A DNA stretch of 55,453 nucleotides from an uncultured Candidatus Saccharibacteria bacterium (GCA_964599225.1 CAZRDO010000006.1:1-55453), one strand, 5' to 3'; positions 1-8,173 are shown, counted from the stretch's first letter. Notes: a model not told the origin generated them from the letters alone. Translations and numbers: made by a program.

Positions 1-52
1 AGAACACGTCCTTGCCAAGGATGAGACGGGAGTCCGATTCTCCCTGCCCGCA
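1..52 (+). tRNA. tRNA-Gly(GCC), 5' end cut by the window edge
   Basis: Anticodon stem cgtcc/ggatg with loop ttGCCaa; T arm gggag-tccgatt-ctccc; 3' acceptor tgcccgc plus discriminator a. Confidence 0.7.
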
Positions 53-298
53 CAGTAAATTTCTTAGTATATTATGTTTTGAAACTACGTCCTTTTGAAA
101 AAGATAGTAATTACAGTAAAAGTCAGATTTTCAAGTAAACTGTGGAAAACTCTGTGTATGATGTTTATAAAGGACACAAGTTAATGAAAACTGAAATGAT
201 AAAAGTAGAATGTGAAATTCAAATAATAACCTTATTATGTATAGTTATTTTATGAAGGACAGCATTAAATAACGGACTTGGTGACCTATAAATAGGAT

Positions 299-320
299 AT
301 ATGTTTCACGTGAAACATAT
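299..320. repeat. 22-nt perfect palindrome atatgtttcac|gtgaaacatat, 18 nt upstream of the yraN start
   Basis: Read directly; the reverse complement of 299-309 equals 310-320; the centre is CACGTG. Confidence 0.6.
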
Positions 321-338
321 TTGTAAATTTAGATAAAA

Positions 339-731
339 ATGCCAAAAATTTTCACTTCTAAAACTCAAAAAAGAGGAGAGATTGGAGAGGAAATTGCAGT
401 ACTTTATTTGAAAAATAAAGGCTACAAAATCTTAGATCGCAACTACACACGAAAATGGGGAGAGATCGATATTATCGCTCTAAAAAATAGCGAGGTTCAT
501 TTCATAGAAGTTAAAGCAGTTATCATTAAGGACAAAAGGACAGGTAGCGACCATATCCAGCCTGAAGATAATATGCATCCAGCTAAACTTCTCAAGCTAC
601 AGAGAACAGTTGAGACGTATTTGATTGAGAAAAAAGCATATGATAAAAAATGGACTATTGATTTGCTTTGCGTCGCCTATAACCCCGACCAGATGATTGC
701 CGACGTCAAAATGTATTTTAGTATCGTATAA
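339..731 (+). CDS. yraN: YraN-family (UPF0102) predicted endonuclease
   Basis: GEIGEEIAVLYLKNKGYKILDRNYTRKWGEIDIIA...VHFIEVKA matches the YraN pattern G-x-x-gE-x-A-x-x-yL...GEiDiia...vFvEVK. Confidence 0.8.
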   Translation: MPKIFTSKTQKRGEIGEEIAVLYLKNKGYKILDRNYTRKWGEIDIIALKNSEVHFIEVKAVIIKDKRTGSDHIQPEDNMHPAKLLKLQRTVETYLIEKKAYDKKWTIDLLCVAYNPDQMIADVKMYFSIV

Positions 732-800
732 GCTTTTTCCTTTTGACAAGCTGTGTTAGTATCTTGATACACAAGGATTTTTCGATGATCTATCTGGTTG

Positions 801-883
801 GGGTGTAGTATATCGGTAGTCCTAAAAGGTTGCGATTTCCAACCACAGAGTACTGTGAGGAAATCGGGGATATACATGCTTTG
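801..883 (+). pseudogene. Decayed tRNA-Pro(TGG)-like copy: D-arm and anticodon-arm fragments split by about 50 nt, with no T arm or 3' acceptor
   Basis: 805-820 is identical to 930-945 of the intact tRNA-Pro. 871-883 is identical to 945-957. The anticodon position reads ctttgaagc instead of ctttgggagc. Confidence 0.5.
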
Positions 884-923
884 AAGCTAAGTATAGTAAA
901 TGAATTGAGAATGTTCTTTTTGT

Positions 924-994
924 CGGGGCGTAGTATATCGGTAGTATACATGCTTTGGGAGCATGGGAGCCGGGTTCGATTCCCGGCGCCCCGA
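924..994 (+). tRNA. tRNA-Pro(TGG)
   Basis: Acceptor cggggcg/cgccccg; anticodon stem catgc/gcatg with loop ttTGGga; T arm ccggg-ttcgatt-cccgg; discriminator a. No encoded CCA. Confidence 0.85.
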
Positions 995-1047
995 CAAAGA
1001 GCGCATTTACATAATCACATTAATAATTTATTTGGCATTCAGTTTTT

Positions 1048-1347
1048 ATGAAAGGTTTTCTCAACTTTATTCGCGAGCAGGGGATAGTAGGACTTGCAGT
1101 TGGGTTTATTCTAGGTGGCGCAGTATCCAAAACAGTTTCTTCGCTAGTCGATAATGTCATCAATCCACTAATCGGACTTTTCTTAGGTAAAGTAAACTTG
1201 GCAGATAAAGCTCTGCTGATAGGGGAGGCAAGTCTCAAATGGGGCGCATTTCTCACGACCGTTATAGATTTCCTCGTGGTAGCTCTTGTCGTGTACTTTG
1301 GAGTCAAAGCACTTGGACTCGATAAGCTTGATAAGAAAAAAGAATAA
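1048..1347 (+). CDS. mscL: Large-conductance mechanosensitive channel MscL (short form, 99 aa)
   Basis: FLNFIREQGIVGLAVGFILGGAVSKTVSSLVDNVINPLIG matches the conserved MscL N-terminus/TM1. A second TM segment and a charged C-terminus follow. Confidence 0.85.
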   Translation: MKGFLNFIREQGIVGLAVGFILGGAVSKTVSSLVDNVINPLIGLFLGKVNLADKALLIGEASLKWGAFLTTVIDFLVVALVVYFGVKALGLDKLDKKKE

Positions 1348-1363
1348 ATTATAAGGTAACTTT

Positions 1364-1538
1364 CGGGCTGTAGTACACCGGTAGTATTCACGACGCGCCC
1401 GTTAGAAATCGGAGTGTAGTATAGTGGTAGTATTCACGATTCGGGTTCGTGGGACGGGAGTTCGATTCTCCCCACTCCGACAATATTTCTACTCGGGTGA
1501 AGGTTCGTGAGAACCGAGTTCAATTCTCGGTAGCCCGA
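1364..1538 (+). pseudogene. Split tRNA-Pro-like gene; its 5' half (1364-1393) and 3' half (1505-1538) flank a complete tRNA-Pro(CGG)
   Basis: Acceptor cgggctg (1364-1370) pairs with tagcccg (1531-1537). Anticodon stem cacga (1389-1393) pairs with tcgtg (1505-1509). T arm ccgag-ttcaatt-ctcgg. The two halves are separated by 111 nt. Confidence 0.55.
1410..1480 (+). tRNA. tRNA-Pro(CGG)
   Basis: Acceptor cggagtg/cactccg; anticodon stem cacga/tcgtg with loop ttCGGgt; T arm gggag-ttcgatt-ctccc; discriminator a. Confidence 0.85.
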
Positions 1539-1587
1539 CAAAAGCTCTTGTGTCAGTTGTAATAAATCAGTAGTATAGGAAGGTATC

Positions 1588-1658
1588 GCGGGATTAGTTA
1601 AATGGTATAACTCTAGTTTTCCAAACTAGTGTCGGGGGTTCGATTCCCCCATCCCGCA
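1588..1658 (+). tRNA. tRNA-Gly(TCC)
   Basis: Acceptor gcgggat/atcccgc; anticodon stem ctagt/actag with loop ttTCCaa; T arm ggggg-ttcgatt-ccccc. Confidence 0.85.
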
Positions 1659-1659
1659 C

Positions 1660-1698
1660 AAAACAAAATCCGCATGTTAATCATGCGGATTTTGTTTT
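1660..1698 (+). terminator. Intrinsic terminator after the tRNA cluster
   Basis: 17-bp arms aaaacaaaatccgcatg / catgcggattttgtttt around a 5-nt loop, ending in a T run. Confidence 0.75.
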
Positions 1699-2042
1699 CC
1701 CTGAACTAGAACACTTAATTATTTAAGTTCTCTAAACAGAGGCCGAAGAATTCTTCGGCACATTTCTTATCTCACTAAAAATCAATCTCACTCTGTGCCT
1801 GTGCGACTTGGTCGCTTTTTCCCATTACGTACTAGCTCTGGTGTGAAGTAGGCACTCCACGTGGCTAGATTTTGACGTATCTCGGGACAGTAAGTCCTTT
1901 GCGAAGTAATTCAAACAGATTGACCCGAGAAATCCTGTTTGATTGTAAAGACAGCTCATTCCGATAAGAATTATCGAAACTTCTTTGTGTTTTTAACGCC
2001 AAGGTCCCTTTACCGACCGTGCAACTCTTTTTCAAGAGATTC

Positions 2043-2471
2043 TTAGTCCAGGTTTAATTTTATCCGCCAATCAGTATCAAAGAGATATGGTGGATAAAAT
2101 GTTCCTCGGGATTTTTTTCCGTGGGATCTAAGCATCAGAATCCAGCGGACTCTTTCTGCCTCAGCTTTAGCCGATGTATTAGCCTTCAGCATCCCCCAGA
2201 ATTTATTCTGGTAATCAGCCCAGAGATAGTCGTATACTTTTTCTGCTGCCTGTCCCTGTACTTCAATGGTGAGCGAAGTCTCTCCGTAATTAGCCCATCC
2301 AATACTATGGATAAAAGTAATTTGGGTTGCCTTTCTTTCACAACAAAAATTGACGGCTAATTGCAACTCATCAAATTGTTTGCGAATTGCTGGTGTACCA
2401 GGCTCAGTGCAAGTTGCACTAAATCCTGAAAATGAGCATGTAGGTGTCCCTACCTTGATCTTAAATTTCAT
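2043..2471 (-). CDS. Hypothetical protein (142 aa), preceded by a strong Shine-Dalgarno sequence
   Basis: ORF-track ORF trimmed to MKFKIKVG. The coding strand upstream reads caAAGGAGGaaaaATG. No family recognised. Confidence 0.55.
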   Translation of the reverse strand: MKFKIKVGTPTCSFSGFSATCTEPGTPAIRKQFDELQLAVNFCCERKATQITFIHSIGWANYGETSLTIEVQGQAAEKVYDYLWADYQNKFWGMLKANTSAKAEAERVRWILMLRSHGKKSRGTFYPPYLFDTDWRIKLNLD

Positions 2472-2541
2472 TTTTCCTCCTTTTGTTTTTAGTGAGTTTA
2501 TCAAAGAACTGGTTATATTGTATCATGTTATATGTCAAATG

Positions 2542-3069
2542 TCAATTATAGATAAAGTCTTTGTAAATAAGGGTTTTTAGAGCTAAGACAAGAAAAAAGT
2601 CCGAATTAACGGACTCGAGAAGAGGTAGAAAGTCACTTCTACGAAATGTATGCAATTTGGTTTCGATTTTTACCGTGAAGAATATTCTTTGCCAAGAATT
2701 CACCACGGCAAATAGGGATTTAAATATTTTATGGTCAAACCCATGGCACGGCAATTGGTTAATTCCACGTGTTCCGTTTTCAATATATTCGGCACTTTCA
2801 ATATAAAGTAAAATCCTGGTGTCTCCCGGTGTATGTGAGCTTGCGAGTCGCCATTCCTTTTTTCTCATCTCATTTTCGTGAGGAACCAGGTGGCCCCTAC
2901 TCACCATGTTGTCCGAACCGATCTTTGGCGGATTATCGCGATGAAGCGGGATAAGGTATTCGGTACCACGGGCACTTGTGAGTACAATACCTCTCTTCAT
3001 ATTTTTTGACATCGAGATTTTTATTTTCGGGTGCAGTTTTGCGTCTTTCGATAGGGTCATGAGTATCAT
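2542..3069 (-). CDS. Hypothetical protein (175 aa)
   Basis: Long ORF only; no motif recognised; start uncertain. Confidence 0.45.
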   Translation of the reverse strand: MILMTLSKDAKLHPKIKISMSKNMKRGIVLTSARGTEYLIPLHRDNPPKIGSDNMVSRGHLVPHENEMRKKEWRLASSHTPGDTRILLYIESAEYIENGTRGINQLPCHGFDHKIFKSLFAVVNSWQRIFFTVKIETKLHTFRRSDFLPLLESVNSDFFLVLALKTLIYKDFIYN

Positions 3070-3171
3070 TCTCTAAGTTTTTCTATTCTAATAGTCGATG
3101 TTTAAAGAAGGGAAGTCAAGTATTACTAAATGAGATTTTATGTATTGAAGTTATTCGACTATACTACGTGT

Positions 3172-4074
3172 ATGAAAAAATATTTTACATTACTTATTAT
3201 TTTGCTCGTAGCCGGTGTTGGGGCGTGGTATTTCAGTTCACACACGCCTGATGAAGCCGAAGTCACAGATTCCCAGGATTCCACACTGGTTACCTATGCG
3301 TGTAACGAAGACAAAGCTATCTCGGCCCAGTATGTAAATACTGATGCAGTAGAGAGTAATGCGGGCGGGCCTCCCATACCTACAGGAAGTGTAATGCTTG
3401 AGCTCAGTGATGGTCGAACAATGACATTAGTGCAGACTATTTCTGCTGACGGCGTCCGGTATGCAAATTCTGACGAGTCATTTGTTTTCTGGAGTAAAGG
3501 AAATGGAGCGCTTGTGCTTGAGAATAATGAAGAGAAAAGTTACATAGGTTGTATAAAAATTGCATCAGAGCCAGAAGGTCAGAATCTTCGTGAAGTCTAT
3601 TCAAATAGTGAAATTGGTTTCTCACTTCGCTATCCAGTAGGCTATAGCATTGATCCGTTATACGAGTACCAGCTTAGGCCAGAAGAAACAATTAAAGGTG
3701 TGAAATTCACGATTCCGCTAAGTATGAGTGAGCCTACGAATCTCTCAAGTGATACGTACCTCAGTGTTGAGAATATATATCAGAGCGAAAGTTGTACTGC
3801 AGATCTCTTTCTCGACGGTACTCATGAGATAAAGGAGGTGGCAGAAAATGGAATTACGTATTCCGTTACAACTACATCAGATGCTGGTGCGGGGAATCGC
3901 TATGAAGAAACAGTGTATGTACTACCTGGTACAAATCCTTGTGTCGGTATTCGCTACTTCGTGCACTACAGTGTATTTGAAAACTACGAACCTGGCACCA
4001 TAGAGGAATTTGATAAAGAAGCATTACTTGCCGAGTTTGATGCAATTCGTGACACACTGGTTATAAATCAGTAA
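3172..4074 (+). CDS. Membrane-anchored protein with an MliC-like (C-type lysozyme inhibitor) domain and an unknown C-terminal domain
   Basis: N-terminal TM MKKYFTLLIILLVAGVGAWYF. YACNEDK...LVQTISADGVRYANSDESFVFWSKGNGALV...C matches the MliC pattern Y-x-C...SxSGxRY...FWSKG...C. Confidence 0.7.
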   Translation: MKKYFTLLIILLVAGVGAWYFSSHTPDEAEVTDSQDSTLVTYACNEDKAISAQYVNTDAVESNAGGPPIPTGSVMLELSDGRTMTLVQTISADGVRYANSDESFVFWSKGNGALVLENNEEKSYIGCIKIASEPEGQNLREVYSNSEIGFSLRYPVGYSIDPLYEYQLRPEETIKGVKFTIPLSMSEPTNLSSDTYLSVENIYQSESCTADLFLDGTHEIKEVAENGITYSVTTTSDAGAGNRYEETVYVLPGTNPCVGIRYFVHYSVFENYEPGTIEEFDKEALLAEFDAIRDTLVINQ

Positions 4075-4095
4075 GAGATCGGCATTGATAAATAA

Positions 4096-4122
4096 AAAAT
4101 CTTGAATAGTTTTCAAGATTTT
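4096..4122. terminator. Bidirectional intrinsic terminator between convergent genes
   Basis: aaaatcttgaa-tagt-ttcaagatttt, with A/T runs on both sides. Confidence 0.7.
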
Positions 4123-4125
4123 GAA

Positions 4126-4590
4126 TCATAGTATTTCAATGTGATCACCCACATTGATTGTTCCGTCAGAGAGAATTTCCGCTCTCAATCCACCGCGAGA
4201 TGTAAATGCTTCCTCGAATCCTTTCTTTTTAGAAAGCGTTGAAGGTCTTTGGCATGGGGTACAGTGCTCTATGCCAAACATTTCGACTACTCCAACTTTA
4301 AATTTTTTACCAACCAAATCGTTGAGGTTAACTCCTCTAGTGAGGATATTCCTCCGAGTCTCTTCCGGAAGAAATGGATCACTCAATCCAACATTTGCCT
4401 CATTTATTGCTTCTTTGGCAATTAGGCTGACTTGCCGGATTGTGATTCGCTTAGACTTAGAGTAGGCACCTTTATTAGTAGAATAGCGGTCACCTTCTAA
4501 TCCAAGTCCCTTAATTGCAAGGACACTTTCTAGATTGACCATAGGCAATCCCATGTCTTCACAAACAAATATTTTCAGGACGTTTCCCAT
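4126..4590 (-). CDS. MOSC domain-containing protein
   Basis: GLGLEGDRYS...RQVSLI...RRNILTRGVNLNDLVGKKFKVG...CTPC is the MOSC beta-barrel pattern with its conserved C-terminal Cys. The start could instead be 4620. Confidence 0.7.
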   Translation of the reverse strand: MGNVLKIFVCEDMGLPMVNLESVLAIKGLGLEGDRYSTNKGAYSKSKRITIRQVSLIAKEAINEANVGLSDPFLPEETRRNILTRGVNLNDLVGKKFKVGVVEMFGIEHCTPCQRPSTLSKKKGFEEAFTSRGGLRAEILSDGTINVGDHIEIL

Positions 4591-4748
4591 ACATAGATGT
4601 TTTCTTGGCCTATTATGCATAAAATCACACCCTAATCAAAGCTCAAGCAATATTAAGCATCTTTGCAGTACTCACTTGAAAAATGTAATACGATGGATTT
4701 GAATAATAACCACTGTTACAATTAGCGCTATCAATCGTTTAATACTAT

Positions 4749-5576
4749 ATGGCACGCTGGAATAAAATATTAAGTCGAGGGAATGTCGTTGATCGAAGAG
4801 GATCTTCAATGGGACTCGGGGGACTCGGTCTTGGTGGTGTGGCGATTGTCGTCGCGTTCACGCTTTTGACCGGTGGAAATGTTTCTGATCTTTTACCACT
4901 ACTCAATCAAGTAGAGCTTCCAACTGAAAATTCCTCAGATTTTGAAGGAGCGGATTCATATGAAGTCTTTGCTTCTACTGTATTAGGTTCAAATAATGAT
5001 CTTTGGAGTGCCGCATTTGCAAAGAACTATGAAACCTATATTCCACCGACTCTAGTCTTATTCAGAAACGCAACAGAGTCGGGGTGTGGCCTAGCAACAT
5101 CTGATGTGGGGCCACACTATTGTCCAATTGATCAGACGATCTATCTCGATGAAACTTTTTTCGATGAACTACAAAGTCGTTTTGGCGCAGAAGGCGGAGA
5201 TGTGGCTGAAGCCTATGTGATAGGACATGAAGTCGGTCACCACGTGCAGAATCTTTTAGGAACTCTCGATGAAGTAGACAATCAGACTACAAAAAGTAAT
5301 GAGAACGAACTCTCAGTAAAACTCGAACTCCAAGCTGATTGTTATGCAGGACTTTGGGCATATTCAATAAAAAACCAAGGCGTCTTTTTACCAGGTGAAA
5401 TCAAAGAAGCGCTTGATGCGGCAGCTGCAGTTGGTGACGATCGCATTCAAGAAGCGACTACCGGTAGGGTACGACCTGAGACATTTACTCACGGCTCGTC
5501 GAGTGAACGTGTTTCGTGGTTTACAGTGGGATACGATACCGGAGAATTCTCTGCCTGTAATACGTTTGGCACATAA
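4749..5576 (+). CDS. ypfJ: YpfJ-family putative neutral zinc metallopeptidase
   Basis: N-terminus MARWNKILSRGNVVDRRG followed by a TM segment; HEVGHHVQ zinc motif; LQADCYAGLW; C-terminal HGSSSERVSWF. Confidence 0.8.
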   Translation: MARWNKILSRGNVVDRRGSSMGLGGLGLGGVAIVVAFTLLTGGNVSDLLPLLNQVELPTENSSDFEGADSYEVFASTVLGSNNDLWSAAFAKNYETYIPPTLVLFRNATESGCGLATSDVGPHYCPIDQTIYLDETFFDELQSRFGAEGGDVAEAYVIGHEVGHHVQNLLGTLDEVDNQTTKSNENELSVKLELQADCYAGLWAYSIKNQGVFLPGEIKEALDAAAAVGDDRIQEATTGRVRPETFTHGSSSERVSWFTVGYDTGEFSACNTFGT

Positions 5577-5577
5577 A

Positions 5578-5607
5578 CTAAAACACCTGCTCGAGCAGGT
5601 GTTTTAG
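5578..5607. terminator. Bidirectional intrinsic terminator (ypfJ / hup, convergent)
   Basis: ctaaaacacctgctcgagcaggtgttttag is a perfect palindrome. Confidence 0.8.
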
Positions 5608-5628
5608 TTACATATGTAGATGTGAGAT

Positions 5629-5901
5629 TTACTTTACAGCATCCTTAAGTGCTTTGGCAGCGCGGAATTTTGGTACGCGTGTCGCAGCGACCTTTACTGC
5701 TTCGCCAGTCTTTGGATTTCGTGCCATACGTGCTGCGCGGGCGCGTACAGTGAAGATACCAAGACCTGCAATTGAAACTTCATCGCCACGCTTAAGCGTG
5801 CTCATGATTGCCTCAATAATAGAGTCCATAACCTCTTCGGCCTGAACTTTCGTACCACCGAGTTTCTGGTGGATCATGTCTACGAGTGCTTGCTTGTTCA
5901 T
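5629..5901 (-). CDS. hup: HU-family DNA-binding protein
   Basis: MNKQALVDMI...GDEVSIAGLGIFTVRARAARMARNPKTGEAVKVAATRVPKFRAAKALKDAV carries the canonical HU arm motif R-N-P-x-T-G. Confidence 0.9.
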   Translation of the reverse strand: MNKQALVDMIHQKLGGTKVQAEEVMDSIIEAIMSTLKRGDEVSIAGLGIFTVRARAARMARNPKTGEAVKVAATRVPKFRAAKALKDAVK

Positions 5902-6115
5902 AGAAACATTTCTGTGCCAACCCAAGGGGGAATTTGGCGTTACCTTATAAACTCATGAGTGTATAAGCCGCAGAGCTATGAAATGAGCTCAACTGTAGCT
6001 TATAGGGTAAGTATAGCAAGAGCCAAAAAGCTCGCAAGCCTTATAAAATCAGGCAAAAAGATTGACTTTAAGTGGCAGTTTTGTACAATCAGACGTTAGA
6101 AAAACAATTGTACTC

Positions 6116-6664
6116 ATGTCAGAAACTCAACAAGGACATTTTGCCGATATTCTCAAACAAAAAAATTACCTTATCATTCACCATAATGATAAAGAAAAGT
6201 ATTTAGATGATTTTTTTGAAGTTTTGAACGCAATCTGGGATTTGAAATTTAAGGGAGTAAATCCTTTGATTGCTAATGAACTCCAAAGGCTTAATATAAA
6301 AGTCCATTACAAGTCACCGGAAAAAATCAAACTTATTTTTGATAGTATCCTTGCAAATAATCGTATCCATAGGGGTATATGGCCCCTCGCCACAGTTTCG
6401 ATGGCTTCCGGGACTTTTACTGCAAACGAGCAGTATATAAAAGAAGCAGTATTTCCACTGCTCCACCTCAATACATGTAAAGAGAGAGGTGAGTTTTCCG
6501 GTGAGATTATATATTGGGGTAATGAAACTAAAGAACATAAGCATAAATATCTTCGTATATTCACATCAGAACACAAATCGTATAAGAATAAGCTCGAAAA
6601 AGGTCTTACAGAAGTTGCTGGAAGACTTAAGCAGAAAGAACCAATAGTCCTTGCCAGCGCATAA
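6116..6664 (+). CDS. Hypothetical protein
   Basis: ORF only. ATG at 6116 is preferred over the TTG at 6062. Confidence 0.5.
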   Translation: MSETQQGHFADILKQKNYLIIHHNDKEKYLDDFFEVLNAIWDLKFKGVNPLIANELQRLNIKVHYKSPEKIKLIFDSILANNRIHRGIWPLATVSMASGTFTANEQYIKEAVFPLLHLNTCKERGEFSGEIIYWGNETKEHKHKYLRIFTSEHKSYKNKLEKGLTEVAGRLKQKEPIVLASA

Positions 6665-6750
6665 TGCCTGGTTTTTTTATTTTCTCCACAATTCCCATGA
6701 TTTGACAATCTAGGTGGATTCTATAAAGTAGCTATAGAAAATATCTAACT

Positions 6751-7209
6751 ATGCAACAAACTTCAAGAGTACCTGCCACATTCTGTGAAATTGTACTACA
6801 CATATTCTTGCAGAATAATTTCAAAATGTTCGCTGTTACCAAATATGGCGACATGAGGTTAAGGGAGGACTTGCTTAGAATGTTCGACAAAGAAACCAAT
6901 TTCTTTGTAGTTAGCGAACTAAGAGAGACGCATATCTTTTATTTGCTATGGTTTTTTCCAATACCCATCTCAACCATTCGTTACTTTAAGAGGGCCCAAC
7001 TGGTTATTGATGAGCAACTAAAGGTTGCCCGTCTTGATGTCTATGATATGAATTTCGGAAACGAAATCCGTAGAAAAAATTTGCATACCTTGCTCCCAGG
7101 CAACATGCTAAATTTAAATTTTCAGAAAGTGGATAGTGCTGTAGCATACAACCCGGCCCCATTTTATTATGATGAGCACTCAACTGTTACGTATAATCCT
7201 CTCACCTGA
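6751..7209 (+). CDS. Hypothetical protein
   Basis: ORF followed by a clear terminator; no family recognised. Confidence 0.5.
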   Translation: MQQTSRVPATFCEIVLHIFLQNNFKMFAVTKYGDMRLREDLLRMFDKETNFFVVSELRETHIFYLLWFFPIPISTIRYFKRAQLVIDEQLKVARLDVYDMNFGNEIRRKNLHTLLPGNMLNLNFQKVDSAVAYNPAPFYYDEHSTVTYNPLT

Positions 7210-7226
7210 TTAATCAATAGATTTTT

Positions 7227-7253
7227 ATCCTGCTTGAAACGCAGGATTTTTTA
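7227..7253 (+). terminator. Intrinsic terminator
   Basis: atcctgc-ttgaaac-gcaggat followed by tttttt. Confidence 0.75.
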
Positions 7254-7272
7254 TTTTTATAACAATTCAAAT

Positions 7273-8031
7273 CTAATTCGGTAGCGAATTCCACATTATT
7301 TCAAATAATTGTTTATGCATTTCTATAATTGACTTATTTTCGAGACTCACTGCAGAGACAGGTTCATCGAAGCTGAAAATAGTGACCTTTTGAGGAATAA
7401 TTATGACATCGACGGCAAGTTCTGAACCTTTTGGAAGAATCCTGATTTCATGATTAAACTGTTGTGCAAATTTTTGCATATGGCGTGCTTGCTCGGTGTC
7501 AGTGACAATGAGTCGGGCCTTGGTAATCTTTTTTACGCGTTTGTTAAAGAAATTTTCGAAATATGATCGATCCATATCAAAAAACTTCTGCATATCGCCG
7601 ATAACAAGGTAATAATCATTTGGACGCATTGGTTCGAGTATTGTATCGTAAATAGTTTTTATTGAGCCAAGGCCTTCATAATATCGAAGAGCACTCTCTT
7701 TGCCTTTCAAGTTATAGAGTGCGGTGAATTGGGGGAGTACTCTCTGCAAGGCATTTTTTCGCGTATCTAAAATCGATTCCAATTTATCAGGATGTTCGGC
7801 GACATAAAGCTGTTTCAATCCGGCTAGTTCAATATGTAAAAGCCCCTTTCTCTTGAGTGCTTCAATAACAGAATAAACCGTTGTTCGTCGGAGCTCTGAA
7901 GCTTTTGAGATGTTTACTACAGTCGTGGGGCCTAATGAAAGGCTTGCTAAATAGACAGAAGCTTCATTCTCGGTGAGGCCCAAATCCTTCAATATTTGTT
8001 CTAATTGTTCGTTTTTTGCCATAAATGTCAA
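7273..8031 (-). CDS. TrmB-family transcriptional regulator
   Basis: N-terminal winged HTH: LGLTENEASVYLASLSLGPTTVVNISKASELRRTTVYSVIEALKRKGLL. The C-terminal domain has the usual TrmB length. Confidence 0.75.
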   Translation of the reverse strand: MTFMAKNEQLEQILKDLGLTENEASVYLASLSLGPTTVVNISKASELRRTTVYSVIEALKRKGLLHIELAGLKQLYVAEHPDKLESILDTRKNALQRVLPQFTALYNLKGKESALRYYEGLGSIKTIYDTILEPMRPNDYYLVIGDMQKFFDMDRSYFENFFNKRVKKITKARLIVTDTEQARHMQKFAQQFNHEIRILPKGSELAVDVIIIPQKVTIFSFDEPVSAVSLENKSIIEMHKQLFEIMWNSLPN

Positions 8032-8084
8032 AGTAAAAAGACAACATAATTATCATATAGAATAAAGATAATATAGTCAAATAG

Positions 8085-8124
8085 TGACATATGTCCGACA
8101 AATGTGACAGATATTGACATTTGT
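8085..8124. promoter_or_regulatory. Candidate operator cluster in the divergent trmB-like / 8174 intergenic region
   Basis: [TC]GACA occurs at 8085, 8096, 8105 and 8115, about 10 bp apart. Palindrome gacatatgtc at 8086-8095. Inverted repeat acaaatgt-N11-acatttgt at 8098-8124. Confidence 0.35.
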
Positions 8125-8173
8125 AATATAATATTGTTAGAAAATTAATTGTTCATCAAAAAACCGAATCACC

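Noticed and set aside
796-844. A complete small tRNA or tRNA-like gene formed by ggttgg...ccaacc
   Set aside because: The stem exists, but the interior lacks a T loop (no TTC) and a proper anticodon arm. It is better explained as a tRNA-Pro 5' fragment plus inserted sequence.
1020-1391. 123-aa minus-strand ORF overlapping mscL and the tRNA region
   Set aside because: It is antisense to a well-supported mscL and extends into tRNA-like sequence.
1394-1504. Group I intron in the split tRNA-like gene
   Set aside because: The insert is only 111 nt, and most of it is a complete tRNA-Pro(CGG). That is too short, and has the wrong content, for a group I intron core.
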